Source of the DNA: an uncultured bacterium
GTDB lineage: Bacteria; Armatimonadota; Abditibacteriia; Abditibacteriales; Abditibacteriaceae
NCBI GenBank assembly: GCA_963843795.1
Contig: CAWJLW010000006.1
Coordinates: 1,550,001 to 1,614,000, forward strand
Direction: 5' to 3'
Length of the DNA: 64,000 nucleotides
Below, piece by piece: positions 60,130-64,000 of the stretch (the first letter of the stretch is position 1; every line of letters starts with the position of its first letter). The notes beneath the pieces were generated by a model. That model worked only from the letters and a program-made list of their open reading frames with translations. It made no database searches and was not told the origin of the DNA. The translations under genes and the position numbers were made by a program.

Positions 60130-61833
60130 TTAATCGGCTTTGCTTGCACTTGTAGATTTTAGAAGTGGCAGCGAAAAACGAAAAGTGGTTCCGCTGCCAT
60201 GGCCTTCGCTATACGCCTCGACATTGCCATGATGCAGTTCTGCGATGTAGCGCACAATAGTCAAACCCAGTCCCAATCCGCCGATGGGGCGCACCGCTGT
60301 GCTATCGGCCTGCCGAAAGATCCCAAATAATTGCGGCAAAAATTCCGGTTCGATGCCTTGTCCCGTATCCTGAACTTCGATGTGCGCCATCTCTTCATCG
60401 CAATGCAAGCGTACCGCGATATTACCGCCGCCGGGCGTAAATTTATAAGCATTGGACAGCAAGTTTTCCATGCCCTGAAAGAGACGGATTTGATCGCCCA
60501 GCACCCTTAAGGGTTCGGTCGGAACGTGCAGGGATAAGCGCAACGCTTTCTCCCGACAAAGGGGCCGCATTTTTTCGACCGCTCGTTCGAGTAGTGGGGC
60601 CAGCTCCAAAGGCTGATATTCGATATTCAATTTACCGGCTACCATGCGCGACACGTCGATCAAATTTTCTACCAAACGCTCCTGCGCACGCGTGTTGTCT
60701 TCGATGGTTTGCAGCGCGCGTTCGTGAGTTTCGCGGTCGTGCATCGGCTGGCGCAGCAGGTAAACCCAGCCCAGAATCGAAGTTAGGGGCGTGCGCAATT
60801 CGTGAGACAGCACAGCTAGAAAATCATCGCGCGCGCGATTGGCGGCTTCCGATTGAGAAAATAGGCGCGCGTTATCGACCGACAACGCGGCCAAACGCGC
60901 CAAATCCTGCGCCAGTTGCAAATCGTCACGTGTATACGCGCGCCCCAACTTTTTGCTTGCCACCAAAGCCAGCGTGCCCAGCGTGCGCCCCCGCGTGCGC
61001 AAAGGCACGATAATGCTTGAACGCACATCGAGCGCTGCCACCGCGCGACGATGCTGCTCATCGTGCGTCATGGGCCGCAGCAAATCTTCATCGAGATAAG
61101 GATAGAATTGAGCTTCGCCGCTGTTGATAACTTTCGACACACCGTTTTCGGCATCGGGAAGCAAAGGAAATACACGCTTCATCGAGTGCGCCAATTCTGT
61201 TTCACTTGGATCGGAATGCGCAATCGCAACGCGGCGATAAAACTGGCCCTCGAGCAAATCGACAAAACACCAATCGGCCAAATACGGCACTGCCGACTGC
61301 GCCACTTGCATCAAAGTGCGCTCGAAATCCAGTGATCCGGCCAAAAGTTCGCCCGCCTGTGCCAAAAACTCTTGTTTTTGAGCGCGCTCATTGGCTGCGC
61401 GCTCGCGACTGGCAATAGCTTCAATGCGCGGCGTGATGTCGCGGCACAGCATAATTAAACGCGCGGATTCCAATTCTTCGGGCAATGCTTCGTTTTCCAA
61501 ACGCGACAGACGCACTTCATACCACACATTGCATTCGCCCTGCTGCCAGAAAAATTCGCGTTCGAACAGTTTGCGCTCGCCTTCGATGATCTGAGTGGCG
61601 ATGGACTCGAAAGACAATCCGGCGAGCCAGAGCGCGTGATCGTGCAAGGCTTCCCCACATTGTGCGCTCTGCACTTTCCATTCGGAATTGGTGGCGAGAA
61701 CTTCACCACTTTGGCTGAGAATCGCCACGCCACAATCTATGGCGTCCAACGCTACACGCCAGAAGGCGCGCGACGCTGGACCGACGCATTTGTCCTGACC
61801 AGAATTTTTTTCGTCGCCAACAAATAAGTTCAT
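60130..61833 (-). CDS. PAS-GAF sensor histidine kinase
   Basis: SHELRTPL, NLLSNAYKFT, DTGQGI, GLGLGL. Confidence 0.93.
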   Translation of the reverse strand: MNLFVGDEKNSGQDKCVGPASRAFWRVALDAIDCGVAILSQSGEVLATNSEWKVQSAQCGEALHDHALWLAGLSFESIATQIIEGERKLFEREFFWQQGECNVWYEVRLSRLENEALPEELESARLIMLCRDITPRIEAIASRERAANERAQKQEFLAQAGELLAGSLDFERTLMQVAQSAVPYLADWCFVDLLEGQFYRRVAIAHSDPSETELAHSMKRVFPLLPDAENGVSKVINSGEAQFYPYLDEDLLRPMTHDEQHRRAVAALDVRSSIIVPLRTRGRTLGTLALVASKKLGRAYTRDDLQLAQDLARLAALSVDNARLFSQSEAANRARDDFLAVLSHELRTPLTSILGWVYLLRQPMHDRETHERALQTIEDNTRAQERLVENLIDVSRMVAGKLNIEYQPLELAPLLERAVEKMRPLCREKALRLSLHVPTEPLRVLGDQIRLFQGMENLLSNAYKFTPGGGNIAVRLHCDEEMAHIEVQDTGQGIEPEFLPQLFGIFRQADSTAVRPIGGLGLGLTIVRYIAELHHGNVEAYSEGHGSGTTFRFSLPLLKSTSASKAD

Positions 61834-61896
61834 AACAAGACAATGAGTGCCGCAAGTACTTGCAGTTGGTACTTGCGACGATTTCGGGGACAAAAT

Positions 61897-63030
61897 TCAC
61901 TTCAGCAGTTCTCGCGCAGCCTCGACGCGTTGCACGGCTTCGCCAGCGGTTGAAGCTAGCGCAGTCAGATGGCCCATTTTGCGACCCGCACGCGGTTGAG
62001 TTTTGCCATACAAATGCAATTTTAAATCTGCACATCCCAGAAGCGCGGCCCAATCGGGCGTGCCGTTTTCCCAACAATCGCCCAGCAAATTCGCCATCGC
62101 CGCGGGGCGCAGCATTGTGGTTTGTCCCAAAGGCAGGCCACACACTGCGCGCAGCTGCTGCTCGAACTGGCTGGTCGAACACGCATCAATTGTCCAATGT
62201 CCCGAATTGTGCGGACGCGGGGCCAATTCATTGATCACCAATTCGCCATTTCCCAACAAGAAAAATTCCACGCACAGCACACCAACGACTTGCAAAGTTT
62301 CCAACACGGCACGCGCGATCTCAACCGCGCGCGCAAGTACTTGCCATGGGATTTGGGCAGGCGCAATCGTGACATCTAAAATCTGATTAACGTGACGATT
62401 TTCGACTGCACCGTAGTGCACGAAATTCCCTTGCTCATCGCGCGCCGCCACGACGGAAATTTCGCGTTCAAAGCTCATCCATTTTTCCAGCACACCTTCG
62501 TCGTCGCCCAAACCTCGCGCAGCCGCTTCCACATCATCAGGCGTTTTAATGACGAACTGGCCTTTGCCATCGTAACCGAAACCGGCAGTTTTCAAAACGC
62601 AGGGCGCGCCAAGCTCCTGCACGCCGGCAAGTACTTGCGCGTGCCCGCGCACATGACGAAATGGCGCAATGGGAAAACCGTGCTGCGCCAGCCAATCTTT
62701 TTCACGCTTGCGATGCTGCGTGATGTGTAGCACTTCGCCGCGTGGATGAACCGGCACTTGCGCCGCGCACGCTTCGACCGCACTCAATGGCACGTTTTCA
62801 AATTCAAAAGTGACAACCGAAACTTCGCGCGCAAATTCGCTGATGCGCTCAATGTCGTGGTAGGAAGCTTGAATTTCGCGGTCGGCCACCTGTCCGGTCG
62901 GCGTATCTTCGTCAGGCGAGTAAGTGTGCACGCGATAGCCCATTTGCCGCGCAGCAATTGCAAACATTCGTCCTAACTGGCCCGAACCCAACACGCCAAT
63001 TGTCGCGCCCGGCAATATCGTTTTGCTCAT
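61897..63030 (-). CDS. purK: N5-carboxyaminoimidazole ribonucleotide synthase
   Basis: GSGQLGRM, TFEFENV, GYDGKGQ, NELAPRPHNSGH, RKMGH. Confidence 0.96.
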   Translation of the reverse strand: MSKTILPGATIGVLGSGQLGRMFAIAARQMGYRVHTYSPDEDTPTGQVADREIQASYHDIERISEFAREVSVVTFEFENVPLSAVEACAAQVPVHPRGEVLHITQHRKREKDWLAQHGFPIAPFRHVRGHAQVLAGVQELGAPCVLKTAGFGYDGKGQFVIKTPDDVEAAARGLGDDEGVLEKWMSFEREISVVAARDEQGNFVHYGAVENRHVNQILDVTIAPAQIPWQVLARAVEIARAVLETLQVVGVLCVEFFLLGNGELVINELAPRPHNSGHWTIDACSTSQFEQQLRAVCGLPLGQTTMLRPAAMANLLGDCWENGTPDWAALLGCADLKLHLYGKTQPRAGRKMGHLTALASTAGEAVQRVEAARELLK

Positions 63031-63114
63031 AATTTTTGAGAGAAAATGAAAAAGATTTTACAGACTTTTTCACCGCAACTCCTGCAGCAGAGCGCAGCTG
63101 TCTGCATTGTTTCG

Positions 63115-63618
63115 TTATTCGCCCGGAATGGGATTATCCAGCACGCGCTGAGTTTGAGCAGCGCGATATTCGTCTAATCGCACGCGCAAATCTTCATCGT
63201 GATTGGCTAAAATCGCTGCGGCAAAGAGCGCGGCATTGGTTGCGCCCGCGTTGCCGATAGCCAGAGTACCGACAGGAATACCGGCGGGCATTTGCGCAAT
63301 CGAAAGCAGAGAATCCATGCCACTAAGCGCGCGACTTTGAACGGGCACACCCAGAACCGGCACGCTGGTTTGTGCGGCGATCATGCCGGGCAGATGCGCC
63401 GCGCCACCGGCTCCGGCGATGATGACTTGCAAACCTTGTTCACGCGCGCTTTGCGCAAATTCCGCCATCAATTGCGGCGTGCGATGCGCCGAAACCACGC
63501 GCGCGAGATAAGGAATTTCAAGTTGTACAAGTACTTGCACCGCATTTTTCATCGTTTCCCAATCGGATTGACTGCCCATAACGACCGCGACTTTTGCCGC
63601 CACTTTTGCGTTTTCCAT
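63115..63618 (-). CDS. purE: N5-CAIR mutase
   Basis: [33 protein letters not shown]. Confidence 0.96.
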   Translation of the reverse strand: MENAKVAAKVAVVMGSQSDWETMKNAVQVLVQLEIPYLARVVSAHRTPQLMAEFAQSAREQGLQVIIAGAGGAAHLPGMIAAQTSVPVLGVPVQSRALSGMDSLLSIAQMPAGIPVGTLAIGNAGATNAALFAAAILANHDEDLRVRLDEYRAAQTQRVLDNPIPGE

Positions 63619-63750
63619 TTTTTTCACCCCGCTCAATTTTGCCCCGCCGCGTGTTTGGACACAAGCACCGATTTGCAAATACAGTCGTATCAAATGCTTT
63701 TCACACACTTTGAACAAGGAATTTACCGCTCGCGACAGTAAACTATTCGG

Positions 63751-64000
63751 GTGAACGATTCGCTGGATTTTGTGCGTGCCATCGCGCGCTGGTGGCAACG
63801 TCCGCGTGTGCGACGTGGGGTCATGGCGCTGTTTGGATTGTGGTTTTTGAACGCCATCATCGGCACCATTACGGAAAAATGGTGGTGCGATGCGTTAGGC
63901 GTCGGTGCGTTGTGGGCCGCGCGCACGTTCGCGCAATGGCAACTTTTTTTCGCTTCCGCCCTGCTCAACTGCGCGCTTCTGCTGGCTCTAATTCATTTTC
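63751..64000 (+). CDS. Partial membrane protein, possibly UPF0182 family N-terminus (runs off the window)
   Basis: My translation from GTG 63751 is open to the window end: ...[40 protein letters not shown]... Confidence 0.5.
   Translation, partial: MNDSLDFVRAIARWWQRPRVRRGVMALFGLWFLNAIIGTITEKWWCDALGVGALWAARTFAQWQLFFASALLNCALLLALIHF

Overview
Bacterial chromosomal window of about 55 genes, mostly housekeeping. Two DUF1559/H-X9-DG prepilin-like genes and the general gene content suggest Armatimonadota/Abditibacteriota, which is an inference. It holds the secE-nusG-rplK-rplA-rplJ-rplL cluster with four tRNAs, a separate tRNA-Met, glyQS, cysS, metF, nadC, purEK, mutM, an nth-like gene, recQ, trxB and others. 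No integrase, transposase, prophage or CRISPR array was seen. The most striking signal is a 12-bp palindrome, GCAAGTACTTGC. By manual count it occurs 38 times exactly (about 1 per 1.7 kb, against about 0.004 copies expected by chance), plus over 10 near-variants. It appears in three contexts: (i) as the centre of loop-less perfect palindromes of 30-62 bp at gene ends, whose arms differ from locus to locus; (ii) alone, just upstream of start codons; (iii) inside conserved genes, read as QVLA or KYL. This resembles a HIP1- or DNA-uptake-sequence-like genome-wide signal that I do not recognise from the literature. Other items of note: a haloarchaeal-type LyeJ/CruF C50-carotenoid gene pair, a mosaic tandem duplication of CRTAC1/ASPIC genes (one frameshifted), a possible highly divergent bS21 under a perfect sigma70 promoter, an orphan Ski2-like helicase, an orphan phage-type annealing-like protein, a three-gene YbjQ module and a rearranged rplA-rplJ-rplL layout. 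All coordinates and counts were read by eye.
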